64,000 nt of DNA from a virus (lineage: Duplodnaviria; Caudoviricetes), in IMG/VR virus record IMGVR_UViG_3300050491_000011; one strand, given 5' to 3'. Made by a program: the position numbers and the translations under genes. Shown here piece after piece: positions 16,343 through 25,175 of the stretch. The notes under the pieces are model-generated. The model saw nothing but the letters and a program-made list of their open reading frames with translations. It had not been told where the DNA came from and did not search any database. The stretch's first letter is position 1, and each line of letters starts with the position of its first letter.

Positions 16343-17839
16343 ATGTCTTACGCATCTCTCTGGAAACCCGCGCCAGCGTTTTACCCAATGCCTAACACTG
16401 GCACCATCCTTGACATCTCGTCGGGTAACTGGGTAAAGGGTCACAAAGGACAAATGATCTTGAACGGCGGCTTTGCTCTGTTCTGGTCGATCGCTGCATT
16501 GCCAAACATGGGTAAGTCCACCATCGCAGCCGGTTGCTGCGGTGCGGTACTGCGCGCTTTCCCTGACGCTGCACTTCATGTTCACGATACTGAAACCACC
16601 ATGGTTGCAGAACGTGTTGAACGTCTTACCCGTCTGGGTATGGGCGCTCCATCGAAGTACAACCGCGTCCCTGAGAACCTTCTGTCCGAAGGCCGTATGT
16701 TCTTCACCAACTCGGTGGACTACGACGGTACGCAGTGGTTCGAGCTGGTCAAGAAGTTCGCTAAGCAACGCTTCAAAGAAGAGAAGCGTGTTGAGCTTGA
16801 AATCCTGAACCCGCACGACAACAAGCCGTACGAGTACTTCAACCCAGTGATCGAGTTCTGCGACTCCTTCTCCGGCCTTAAAGCTGAGAACGCCGTAGCG
16901 ATGCTCGCTGAGAACGAAGTCGGCACCAAAGACTTGAACATGCTGGCGATGCGAGTCAACAGCGGTAAGAGTCAGATCGTTGACCAGATCAACGACCTCG
17001 CTGCTCGACATGCGATCTACTTCCTTGGCACCGCCCACGTCGGCGCCTCGTATCAGCTTGACCCGCGCTCTCCTACTATCAAGACCTTGAAGTGGCTGAA
17101 AGGCGACATCAAGCTCAAGCGCGTACCTGAGAACTTCTCGTTCCAGACTGGTAACTGCTACATCATCACGCACTTCTCGCCAATGCTGAACGGCAGCGGT
17201 AAGGATGCGATGCCTGAGTACCCTTACGAGCCGGGTGACGAAGATAAGCAGACCGACCTGATCGAGATCAAGGTTACGAACCAGCGTGGCAAGTTCGGCA
17301 TCTCAGGCGTTCCTATCCCTCTGGTTATTTCTCAGAAGGACGGCTTCCTGCCGTACATGTCCAACTTCGTCTTCTTGAAAGAAGAGGGCGGTAAGTTTGG
17401 TTTCGAAGGTAACGACCGCAACTACACGCTGTCGCTTTGCCCTGACATCAAACTGCAACGTACCAACGTTCGTCAGAAGTTCCGTGAGAACCCACGCCTG
17501 CAACACGCGGCCTACATTCTCGGAACCCTGTACTGGATGTTCACGTACTGGACTGAGTTCGACGACGGTCTTCGCTGCACTCCGGCGCAGTTGTATGAAG
17601 AAATCAAGGCCATGGGGTACGATTGGGACGCACTGCTGGACTCTCGCTATTGGTTCATGCCAATCGAAGCCGGTAAGGACATTCCGTTCACTTCCGCTAT
17701 GGACCTCCTTCGTATCCGGGCCGGTCGGTATCACCCTTACTGGTATCCAAAATCACGTAAAGAAATGGGACTCCCAGAGCCAGTTGACATTGCCGTAGTC
17801 GCTGAGTGTGTGGTTCCAAAGGAATCAACAGGAAAATAA
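16343..17839 (+). CDS. uvsX: UvsX/RecA-like recombinase (phiKZ gp152-like)
   Basis: Walker A ALPNMGKST and Walker B VIEFCDSFSGL. Probable start is the ATG at 16343 after GGAG (track start 16319). Confidence 0.85.
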   Translation: MSYASLWKPAPAFYPMPNTGTILDISSGNWVKGHKGQMILNGGFALFWSIAALPNMGKSTIAAGCCGAVLRAFPDAALHVHDTETTMVAERVERLTRLGMGAPSKYNRVPENLLSEGRMFFTNSVDYDGTQWFELVKKFAKQRFKEEKRVELEILNPHDNKPYEYFNPVIEFCDSFSGLKAENAVAMLAENEVGTKDLNMLAMRVNSGKSQIVDQINDLAARHAIYFLGTAHVGASYQLDPRSPTIKTLKWLKGDIKLKRVPENFSFQTGNCYIITHFSPMLNGSGKDAMPEYPYEPGDEDKQTDLIEIKVTNQRGKFGISGVPIPLVISQKDGFLPYMSNFVFLKEEGGKFGFEGNDRNYTLSLCPDIKLQRTNVRQKFRENPRLQHAAYILGTLYWMFTYWTEFDDGLRCTPAQLYEEIKAMGYDWDALLDSRYWFMPIEAGKDIPFTSAMDLLRIRAGRYHPYWYPKSRKEMGLPEPVDIAVVAECVVPKESTGK

Positions 17840-17843
17840 CATC

Positions 17844-18125
17844 ATGGCCAATTCACTGGTTACGAAGGTCAGCGACCTGCTGTCTAATCAGAACGCGAAA
17901 CTCGCGGCTAACTTTAACGCCACGTTCCATGTGAACGCGGTTACAGAAGAAGACGAACTCCGGGCTCTCAACAAGTACTTCCGTCAGGAGTTGAGTAAGA
18001 TCCGGATCTCTACACTGGACGAGTGTGAGTGTCTGCGAAACGATATCGCGCCAGTGTATTGGCTGAAGTATTTCGAGACTCACGTCCTGCCGACTCTGGT
18101 GCGTTTCAATCTACCCGAGGCCTAA
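17844..18125 (+). CDS. Conserved hypothetical protein
   Basis: 93 aa from ATG at 17844 after AGGA, between uvsX and RNAP beta-C. Confidence 0.6.
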   Translation: MANSLVTKVSDLLSNQNAKLAANFNATFHVNAVTEEDELRALNKYFRQELSKIRISTLDECECLRNDIAPVYWLKYFETHVLPTLVRFNLPEA

Positions 18126-18131
18126 TTCCAC

Positions 18132-18869
18132 ATGAACGCTAAACGTAAGAAAGTCACGGAAAAGATGTTGGAGCGAATCGCGTCCATCATTCCCGGCGAC
18201 GATACGAACGTGAAGATATTCAGGGAAAAGCTCGAGGCAATGAATGATGACGAGTTTGAAACTTACTTGCGTAAGCTCAAGCCCGTCAAAACTCAGGAAG
18301 ATATCGCTAACCGCGAGTGGATTCCATTCTACGTTCCAAACCTTTCCGGTAAGCGGGTGAGTATTGCCCGCAACTACCAGATTGCAAAAGGCATGGGGCG
18401 TAGCTTGGATCACCGTCTGGTAATGACTGACCCTTCAACAGGGTTGCAGTACGTCACACCTCACGCTTATCCGGTTCTCGATCTTCCAGTGCGTCGACAG
18501 GCTCAGACGGTCGCTAAGAAGCGATCGATCCCTGAACACAACCAACGTATCGACGACTTGACCGAACAGCCTACAAGCGAGTCCAAGGGCAGCCGTATCT
18601 CCTCTCCTGAGGGTGTGGCGCTTCTGTCTCGTGGTCTGGACAACACGATGCTTGAATTCGTGAAGATCCGTGGTGGTGACACCGCAGGTTATCGTGAATA
18701 CAAACGTCTGTTGATCGAGACGGGTGAGGTCAGTTACGCACAGCTGGACGGGTTGGGTATCGCTAAATCTACCAAGACTGCTGCGATTATCTTTAATTGC
18801 ATGCACATTGGTAACAACCTCGATCCAAGTACTAAGGTGCCTGCCGATGCCATGCCCGACTCGCTCTGA
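18132..18869 (+). CDS. rpoB: Virion RNA polymerase beta subunit, C-terminal part (phiKZ gp149-like)
   Basis: RIDDLTEQPTSESKGSRISSPEGVALLSRGLDNTMLEFVKIRGGD...YKRLLIETG aligns by eye with beta C-terminal [27 protein letters not shown]...LQEMLTVKSDD...YKNIVDG. Confidence 0.85.
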   Translation: MNAKRKKVTEKMLERIASIIPGDDTNVKIFREKLEAMNDDEFETYLRKLKPVKTQEDIANREWIPFYVPNLSGKRVSIARNYQIAKGMGRSLDHRLVMTDPSTGLQYVTPHAYPVLDLPVRRQAQTVAKKRSIPEHNQRIDDLTEQPTSESKGSRISSPEGVALLSRGLDNTMLEFVKIRGGDTAGYREYKRLLIETGEVSYAQLDGLGIAKSTKTAAIIFNCMHIGNNLDPSTKVPADAMPDSL

Positions 18870-19338
18870 TCTGTTAAAGCTCGTTTCTGAAATTGTGTTC
18901 AGGTATTGCAGCACGCCTGAACGCATCAGTTCGATGCTGACGCTGGCCACGGCTGCGAAGCTACAAATCAACTTCAGGACTTCCCTGTACTCTAAAGCCG
19001 GGTGCTTGAAGCTCTGGGACTTCATCGACGTTCAGACGAACGTCAGTGATCCTGAGTTCATGGAAATTCTGATGAACATGACTGGCGAGTTGATGTTCCT
19101 TGCTGAGGTGGATGACACTGCCTTCAACACTGAACTCGCCGGCCCTCTGGCCAGAACGCTATCGTGGGTGAAAGACGCAACCGGTACGCCGGAGTCCTTG
19201 CGTGAAATGTCCACCACGGCGGACACGTATCGTGAGATCATCATGTTCAACAAGTGGACGGCTTTCGTCTACCTGATGTCGATGACTGATTTGATGCGCG
19301 TGTTGACGGCGTTAAAGAACGAAGCTGCTAAAGGTTAA
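18847..19338 (+). CDS. Conserved hypothetical protein
   Basis: 163 aa from ATG at 18847 (TAAGGT upstream), overlapping the beta-C stop. The track start at 18724 is probably too long. Confidence 0.6.
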   Translation: MPCPTRSDLLKLVSEIVFRYCSTPERISSMLTLATAAKLQINFRTSLYSKAGCLKLWDFIDVQTNVSDPEFMEILMNMTGELMFLAEVDDTAFNTELAGPLARTLSWVKDATGTPESLREMSTTADTYREIIMFNKWTAFVYLMSMTDLMRVLTALKNEAAKG

Positions 19339-19352
19339 CTCCGAGGTTCTCA

Positions 19353-20078
19353 ATGAGACAAAGGGCGCTTATCGACATCGATATGATCCTGGACACTCGG
19401 TACGGCACACTCAAGCGCATCGACGAAAAAATCGCCGATGCGCTCGTGCTTACCAATCTGTATCGTGACCGTACGGATGATCATTTCGATCTAATTACAA
19501 ACGGGGCTATCGACCGTGAGGAGTATAAAGCTCTTTATGCTGCTCGCGACAATGAAACCCTGTTCAACTCGAAGATGACAGACTTCGTCTTTCATTTCCG
19601 TAAAGACATCAGTGAGGCGTTAACGCGCATCGACCGTAAGGTTGACATTGAGTCCATTGAGGTGGATATCAACGTCTACCCCTACAATCTGGAAGCCAGT
19701 GAAGCCGATGTTATTCGTGCATCGATGGAGCATTACTTCCAGTGGCCTGCTGTCGTCAACATCGTCAGACTCTCTCCTGAGGATCTGAGTCCGACGTACG
19801 TCGATAACAGTTACGAGTTGATGGCCTTTTACAACCACGAGGATTGGCTTGGTCCAAACACTCAGGCTGTAATCGACAAACGCATTCCGCTGGTAACGTT
19901 GATCACGCCACGGATCTCGACGTCGGGTAATGTACCACAGCCGGATCAACAAATCAGAGACCCATTCGCTACTCGGTCTGCGTATCTGGTTAAGTTCCTG
20001 GCGCTGCACTTCATCCCAACGTCGTGGACTTGCTACAACCCGTTTATTCGTCAGGAGTTACAAAATTCGAGATGTTGA
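19353..20078 (+). CDS. Hypothetical protein, possible HAD-like fold
   Basis: 241 aa with GAGGT RBS and an N-terminal LIDIDMILDT (DxD-type) motif. Confidence 0.5.
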   Translation: MRQRALIDIDMILDTRYGTLKRIDEKIADALVLTNLYRDRTDDHFDLITNGAIDREEYKALYAARDNETLFNSKMTDFVFHFRKDISEALTRIDRKVDIESIEVDINVYPYNLEASEADVIRASMEHYFQWPAVVNIVRLSPEDLSPTYVDNSYELMAFYNHEDWLGPNTQAVIDKRIPLVTLITPRISTSGNVPQPDQQIRDPFATRSAYLVKFLALHFIPTSWTCYNPFIRQELQNSRC

Positions 20079-20496
20079 GGATGTTCTCACCCTGAGCATC
20101 TTCGCCTTCGATGAACGAAACCGCTGGCAGCGCATTGACGTCCAGCGGTGAACGGGTACGTGGTTTGACTACGCGGGTGTCGACATCCTGATTCATCATC
20201 GCTTTCAGTTGACGGAAGGTATCGACAACCAGACGGCCATCTGTCGAATCGCTCTCGGCAATGTCGAGTTCACGAGTTGTCAGGGCTGCCTTGTCCATGT
20301 CACGAAGAACGCTGGTAAGATCCTTGATGTCTGCGGGGATCTTACGCTCCTCACCGAGCAGGTCGTCTACGATCTGATAGCGAAGTCCTTGGGTGAACTT
20401 GAGGACGTCACTTGGATCTGTTGATGCGACGATCGGTTTCTTCGCTTCAAGCAGTTCGCCTTCGAGGATCTCTTCGTCACTTACGTAATCTTCCAT
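20044..20496 (-). CDS. Conserved hypothetical helical protein
   Basis: 150 aa with AAGGAG RBS on the minus strand and an acidic N-terminus. Confidence 0.65.
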   Translation of the reverse strand: MEDYVSDEEILEGELLEAKKPIVASTDPSDVLKFTQGLRYQIVDDLLGEERKIPADIKDLTSVLRDMDKAALTTRELDIAESDSTDGRLVVDTFRQLKAMMNQDVDTRVVKPRTRSPLDVNALPAVSFIEGEDAQGENILNISNFVTPDE

Positions 20497-20527
20497 TTCA
20501 ATCTCCTTTACCCTCTAAGGAGGGATT

Positions 20528-21040
20528 ATGTTTCTCAAACGATTAAAGACATGGTTGTTAGGCGAGGAGGTGTTACTGCTACCCACAGAATGGCCTGAAG
20601 ACGTGTGGGACCGCATGTTGATGATGGCGCACTACGCACAGGATTTTAAGCTGGGTCCTATCGGTGTACACCATCACGACATCACCGTTGAGGTCATGTC
20701 GACGTGTGTGGATGAGCTATTTGCTCAATTGGAGACATTGATCAGCTGCGTGGCCAGCGAAGAGGACGTTCCTGACGGCTGGAACGACCGTGACCGCACG
20801 AAGTGGATCGATACCTTACCAGATTACTATTACGGGGTGAAGACCGGCTACAGGCAGCCACAGGCCGTCCTAGATATAGTGATCGAAAAGGTCATGGTCA
20901 TACATAACCTACTTGAATCACATGAGATAGTAGTTATCCATCCGTACTACAGTTACATGCGGAGAGAGTTCTACTCTGTCGTTAGTGATGTTGTTGAAGT
21001 GTTGAACGCCAGTTACGCTCTGCACAAGCTGGCTAAGTAA
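20528..21040 (+). CDS. Hypothetical protein
   Basis: 170 aa with AAGGAGG RBS. Confidence 0.7.
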   Translation: MFLKRLKTWLLGEEVLLLPTEWPEDVWDRMLMMAHYAQDFKLGPIGVHHHDITVEVMSTCVDELFAQLETLISCVASEEDVPDGWNDRDRTKWIDTLPDYYYGVKTGYRQPQAVLDIVIEKVMVIHNLLESHEIVVIHPYYSYMRREFYSVVSDVVEVLNASYALHKLAK

Positions 21041-21105
21041 TAACCATCTGTCCTCATTGCCGATCCATCGCTCCCGCGTAAGTTCGGACACGCCCAAAGG
21101 ATACA

Positions 21106-21582
21106 TTGATGCCAAAGCCTCCGAAGAACTCTACGTTCAGGGAATTGCTACGAGATCCAAACAAGAAGTACGATGAGACTTCTCATGCGTTGGCCAAGCT
21201 ACTCCGCGATATGCTTGCTAACAGTGGGATCGGTCCCGGTGAATGGGACAAGCTCATTGAGCGGTATTACAAGAAGATGTACACGAACCGTAAGGGTGAG
21301 ATCGATCTGATCAAGGTTAACCAAGAGAAGTCTAACCTCACCCGCGCTCTTGCTAAGGATAAGGTGCCTTGGTATCGACTCGATACAGCGATCCAGATCC
21401 TTGGGTCAGCGAGCTACACAATCTCGATCGAGCGAGAAGATGCACGGGGTGTGAAGTTCACCAGTAAGCTGAAGATCAAGAACCGGTATGTAATCATGCC
21501 TGAGATGAACGAGGAAGAAGATGACGGCATTGACGTCTTGACTTCCGACAATCAGAAGGGTGACGACACTGATGAAGACTAA
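21106..21582 (+). CDS. Hypothetical protein, possible HTH-like DNA-binding protein
   Basis: 158 aa (ATG at 21109) with a basic helical core and an acidic tail. Confidence 0.55.
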   Translation: MMPKPPKNSTFRELLRDPNKKYDETSHALAKLLRDMLANSGIGPGEWDKLIERYYKKMYTNRKGEIDLIKVNQEKSNLTRALAKDKVPWYRLDTAIQILGSASYTISIEREDARGVKFTSKLKIKNRYVIMPEMNEEEDDGIDVLTSDNQKGDDTDED

Positions 21583-22018
21583 AGTTCCTGATCCAACGCT
21601 GGACGGTGAAGATCACATCAACGTCTGGACCAAAGGCAAGACTCGTTTGGGGCGGCTGCTGACTAACCCAGCTGACGTTCCAGTGAACCATCCTACGTAC
21701 GGCCGATTCCGTACAATGGAAGGTCTACACTTCTATCTGAAGACCGGTATGATCCATGAAGACCTTCGCTCCATGAACGGCTTTGAGGCACGTCGTTTTG
21801 GAGGCACGTTGAAGACGGTCTGGCATCCTACATTCATGGATGAGATCAAAGTCGGTATTCGGTGTAAGATCGAACAACATCCTGAGCTGAAAGAATTGAT
21901 GGAGGAATCCATCCTGCCTTTCGAGCATTACTACGTATACCCGACGAACGTGGTGGTGCCTAAGAGCTCTAAAGCTCTGTGCCTGTTGCTTGAAGAGATC
22001 AGGGCTGAGATGCGCTAA
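21560..22018 (+). CDS. NADAR (YbiA-like) family protein
   Basis: HINVWT...LLTN...TMEGLHFYLK...EARRFG...RCKIEQHPELKELM...FEH...LCLLLEEIRAEM matches the YbiA/NADAR pattern INFYS...FSNF...TSEHYFQAQK...AARMG...RAKFEQHAELRALL...VEH...LGYLLMELREQL. Likely start is 21572. Confidence 0.72.
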   Translation: MTTLMKTKVPDPTLDGEDHINVWTKGKTRLGRLLTNPADVPVNHPTYGRFRTMEGLHFYLKTGMIHEDLRSMNGFEARRFGGTLKTVWHPTFMDEIKVGIRCKIEQHPELKELMEESILPFEHYYVYPTNVVVPKSSKALCLLLEEIRAEMR

Positions 22019-22020
22019 AT

Positions 22021-22064
22021 AATGGGAGACTTCGGTCTCCCATTATCCCCACTTCTTTTTTTTT
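22021..22064 (+). terminator. Intrinsic terminator
   Basis: aatgggagac-ttcg-gtctcccatt (cUUCGg loop) followed by a long T-tract. TATG follows at about 22068. Confidence 0.85.
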
Positions 22065-22100
22065 GTCTATGGTGTGATAGTTACACTCAGGATGATAACC

Positions 22101-23141
22101 ATGGCAGCTTCATTAGCAAACACGATTTTCCAAGGCAACTCCCGTGACGCGATGGTTGTTTCCGACGCGTACAAGATTTCAAAGAACGAGACTCGCAACA
22201 GCATGTACGATTCCGTTAAGGGGATCTACAGTGGTGCAGTTGATGGCCTGTTCGCTAACAAGAGTTCTATCACGACCCTCGCTGGATTGGTGAAACAAGC
22301 TAAGGGCGGTAGTGTCGATAAGATCGGCATGCTGAACACAGCCCTCGGTGCAATGGGTACGAGTCTTCCGGGTCTGCTCGGTACGTTGGGTGGTTCTCTC
22401 AAGAACGTCTTGGGTGACGCTGCTGGCTCGATGATTGGTCCTGGAGCTCAGAAGAGTATCGAGGTACTCTACAAGAACGCCGGTATGCTCATTGGCGCTG
22501 CTGACATCGATAGCACACACGACCTCTTGAAGTTCGTGAATGCGATGGCTGGCGATAGCGAGCTGACTCAGTTCATCAACATCGAAGCTGAAAGCGCAAT
22601 CATCGGTGGTATTGCCAAGAACCTGATGGACTACGGTCTTGATGATCTTGTTGATGAAGCTATCGAGATGGGACGGTCAGAAGAAGTCAGGAAGAATGCT
22701 TTCGCTTACATGTCCGTGGCTGCTGTCAATGGTCCATTGGGTTCTGGCGTTGGCGGCTCTAACCTCGACATGATCAACAAGGTCATCGATAACATCGGGA
22801 TCACCAAGTTCCTCGAATACAACCCTGATGCAGTGGCTGGCATTATCGCTGGCTACAACTTCGATCCGACCTACACGCCTGCTGACTATCCAGCGCAGCG
22901 CACCAAGTTGATCAACACATTGGTTCGCATCAATGCCAACTGGTATCAGAAACTTCGTGCTGGCGTTTACATTCCGAACCTCGGTCCTTTCCTGAAGCAA
23001 AGCGCTTCCTCGAAAACCCTGTTCTGTATGGAACCTCCACTACGTACGATCTCGATGGCGGCGACTGGCAAGGCTACCGCTAACGTCGGTACGGTTGTGA
23101 AGACACTCTACCCGAATGCGTACATGCCGGGCATCAAGTGA
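22101..23141 (+). CDS. Probable virion (baseplate/tail) protein
   Basis: 346 aa from ATG at 22101 (track start 22074). It converges on the tape-measure operon as in phiKZ-like phages. Confidence 0.5.
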   Translation: MAASLANTIFQGNSRDAMVVSDAYKISKNETRNSMYDSVKGIYSGAVDGLFANKSSITTLAGLVKQAKGGSVDKIGMLNTALGAMGTSLPGLLGTLGGSLKNVLGDAAGSMIGPGAQKSIEVLYKNAGMLIGAADIDSTHDLLKFVNAMAGDSELTQFINIEAESAIIGGIAKNLMDYGLDDLVDEAIEMGRSEEVRKNAFAYMSVAAVNGPLGSGVGGSNLDMINKVIDNIGITKFLEYNPDAVAGIIAGYNFDPTYTPADYPAQRTKLINTLVRINANWYQKLRAGVYIPNLGPFLKQSASSKTLFCMEPPLRTISMAATGKATANVGTVVKTLYPNAYMPGIK

Positions 23142-23175
23142 CATAAGGCCGGGGGATTACCCCGGCCTCTATGCT
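23141..23175. terminator. Bidirectional CATAA-hairpin-TATG element
   Basis: gacataag-gccggg-loop-cccggc-ctctatgctg between convergent genes. It is a near copy of the 6319 element. Confidence 0.7.
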
Positions 23176-23177
23176 GT

Positions 23178-25166
23178 TTACGAACGATCCGTCGGGTTGG
23201 ACAGCGCTTTAATGAGATCTCCAGTCAGGCCGGACATGAGTCCAGACGCCATGCGGTACGGAGAACGCCATTGAGCAGCTTCAGCTCGACTGCGCGCCAT
23301 GTTGAGTTGCCACTTACGAGTACCGTTGATCTGTACGTCCAAAGGAATGGACGCAATCGTCGCAAGGTAGTCGGTCCATTTGTTGTCTTCACCGTAGGTT
23401 GCTTTGGTGAGGGCAGCAGCAGCAGCTTCACCAGCCGACCCGCCCAACGCATCAGCTACCGCAGTGATAGCGCCGGTGAAAGTACTTACGTTCGGATTGA
23501 TAGGAACAGACAATACGTTGGACAGGTCATCGATAGTAACGTTAACGTCAATACCCAGAACCTTACCGCCCTTGGCGTAACCAACGTCACCCACACCACG
23601 TTCGATACTGATCGAGGAGATCAGACCTTCACGGATGATCGTACGACCTTGGTTGTAGACTTCCAGCAAGAACGGACCGTCATAGGAAGCACGACCTGTT
23701 GCACGAGGAAGACCCAACGCCATGATAGCGCCCAACGGAATGAACAGGTTCTGCAAACGAACCCAGTCATCTGCTGCCCACGATCTCAAGTGGATGGTAA
23801 ACGTGGTACGACCGATATCGGCCGAGGACGTTTCATACACCTTTTGAATGTCAGCGAAGGCGTTACCTGCCAGAGCGATGAACCCTTCAACCTGAGCCGC
23901 GTTCAAGATCCCCTTGGCGATATCTCCGACGATATCCATTACTGCCCCGATAGGCGCAGCGATGTTACCGTCAGCGATGTTGAATCGCGCCATACGAGCC
24001 TTGGAAGACATCGCATTGATTTCGGTCTTGATCGAAGGTTCAGTGATGCCGTTGTTGAAGCTATCAGAGTTAGTCCCTGTGTTGTTCACGCGGAACGTCA
24101 CAAAGTCAGCACCCATCCGTGCCTCAGCTTTCGCCTGCGTCGCCATTTTACTGACGTAGCCTTGCTCACTGGAGTCTTCGTCTGACTTCGGTGGTTTGCT
24201 TGCGTCGTACTCACCACCAAACGCCATGTACGCTGCTTCGTACTCAGCCAGAGAGAACCCTGGGTCAGTAAGCTGGATCGTACCTGTCTCGATGGCATTA
24301 CCCATCATGCGCTGGAACTGCTCAGCACGTTGTGCCGGGTCAGCTGTCAGGCCAGACATGGCGTTGTCCATCATCGCACGATACTGGTTAGCCAGACGCT
24401 GTGCTTTGGTAGAGAACGCAAACACGTCGATACCACCAGCCGACATTACAATGTCAGGCATGATGCGGTGCATCGAATCGCTGTCAGCCTTATCCGGAAC
24501 TGCGAGTGGATCGAAGAACCGCTTCTGTTCGTCGTTCACAAAGTGAGGAGACAAACCGAGGTTAACGAACATGCCGTTCACGAAACTACTTACCGCCCAC
24601 CAGTACGGGTACATGGTTGGTTTCAGATAGTAATACTTCGAGCGGGGCATGCCGGCAAAGAAGTCGATCATCTGACCAGCAAGAATGAATGGCTGGAAAG
24701 GAATCGTACCAATGAAGCCTGCAACCTCACCAGCTTTAAACCACACCGACGGGGCACGACCTGTACGGGCCATCGAACCTGCGTACACGTTGTAGAAGTT
24801 ACCGAAGAAGTTCTGCATCGAGTTGAACTTCGGAACACCTGCACGGATGTGGATCTGCTGAGAGTTATCGTCAAGCACTTCACTCCACCAACGACCTACG
24901 CCGTAAGATTTGGAGTAAAGGGATTTGTGCTTCAGGTCGCAGTTACCTGTAAACTGAGGCAGAGGGTTTACTTGGAAATGTCCTCCCATCGAGGTGTCGA
25001 TGAACTTGCGTGAAGAGGTGGTGTAATAACGTCTGGTGTTGTTCGTGGCGTCAGACAACGCACTGGCGGGTGCCAAGAATGCGTTACCCGCCCACGATCT
25101 ATCGAGGATATATTTCCGTGCCATAGATACATCCTGTTGGGAAAGAAGCCGGGTGAGTTTCCCCAC
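23178..25166 (-). CDS. Baseplate/tail structural protein (phiKZ gp182-like by synteny)
   Basis: 662 aa directly downstream of the tape measure. The C-terminal beta-rich region (GLISSISIERG...IDVNVTIDDL) is typical of tube-initiator/hub-like proteins. Confidence 0.6.
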   Translation of the reverse strand: MGKLTRLLSQQDVSMARKYILDRSWAGNAFLAPASALSDATNNTRRYYTTSSRKFIDTSMGGHFQVNPLPQFTGNCDLKHKSLYSKSYGVGRWWSEVLDDNSQQIHIRAGVPKFNSMQNFFGNFYNVYAGSMARTGRAPSVWFKAGEVAGFIGTIPFQPFILAGQMIDFFAGMPRSKYYYLKPTMYPYWWAVSSFVNGMFVNLGLSPHFVNDEQKRFFDPLAVPDKADSDSMHRIMPDIVMSAGGIDVFAFSTKAQRLANQYRAMMDNAMSGLTADPAQRAEQFQRMMGNAIETGTIQLTDPGFSLAEYEAAYMAFGGEYDASKPPKSDEDSSEQGYVSKMATQAKAEARMGADFVTFRVNNTGTNSDSFNNGITEPSIKTEINAMSSKARMARFNIADGNIAAPIGAVMDIVGDIAKGILNAAQVEGFIALAGNAFADIQKVYETSSADIGRTTFTIHLRSWAADDWVRLQNLFIPLGAIMALGLPRATGRASYDGPFLLEVYNQGRTIIREGLISSISIERGVGDVGYAKGGKVLGIDVNVTIDDLSNVLSVPINPNVSTFTGAITAVADALGGSAGEAAAAALTKATYGEDNKWTDYLATIASIPLDVQINGTRKWQLNMARSRAEAAQWRSPYRMASGLMSGLTGDLIKALSNPTDRS

Positions 25167-25175
25167 CCGGTATTG

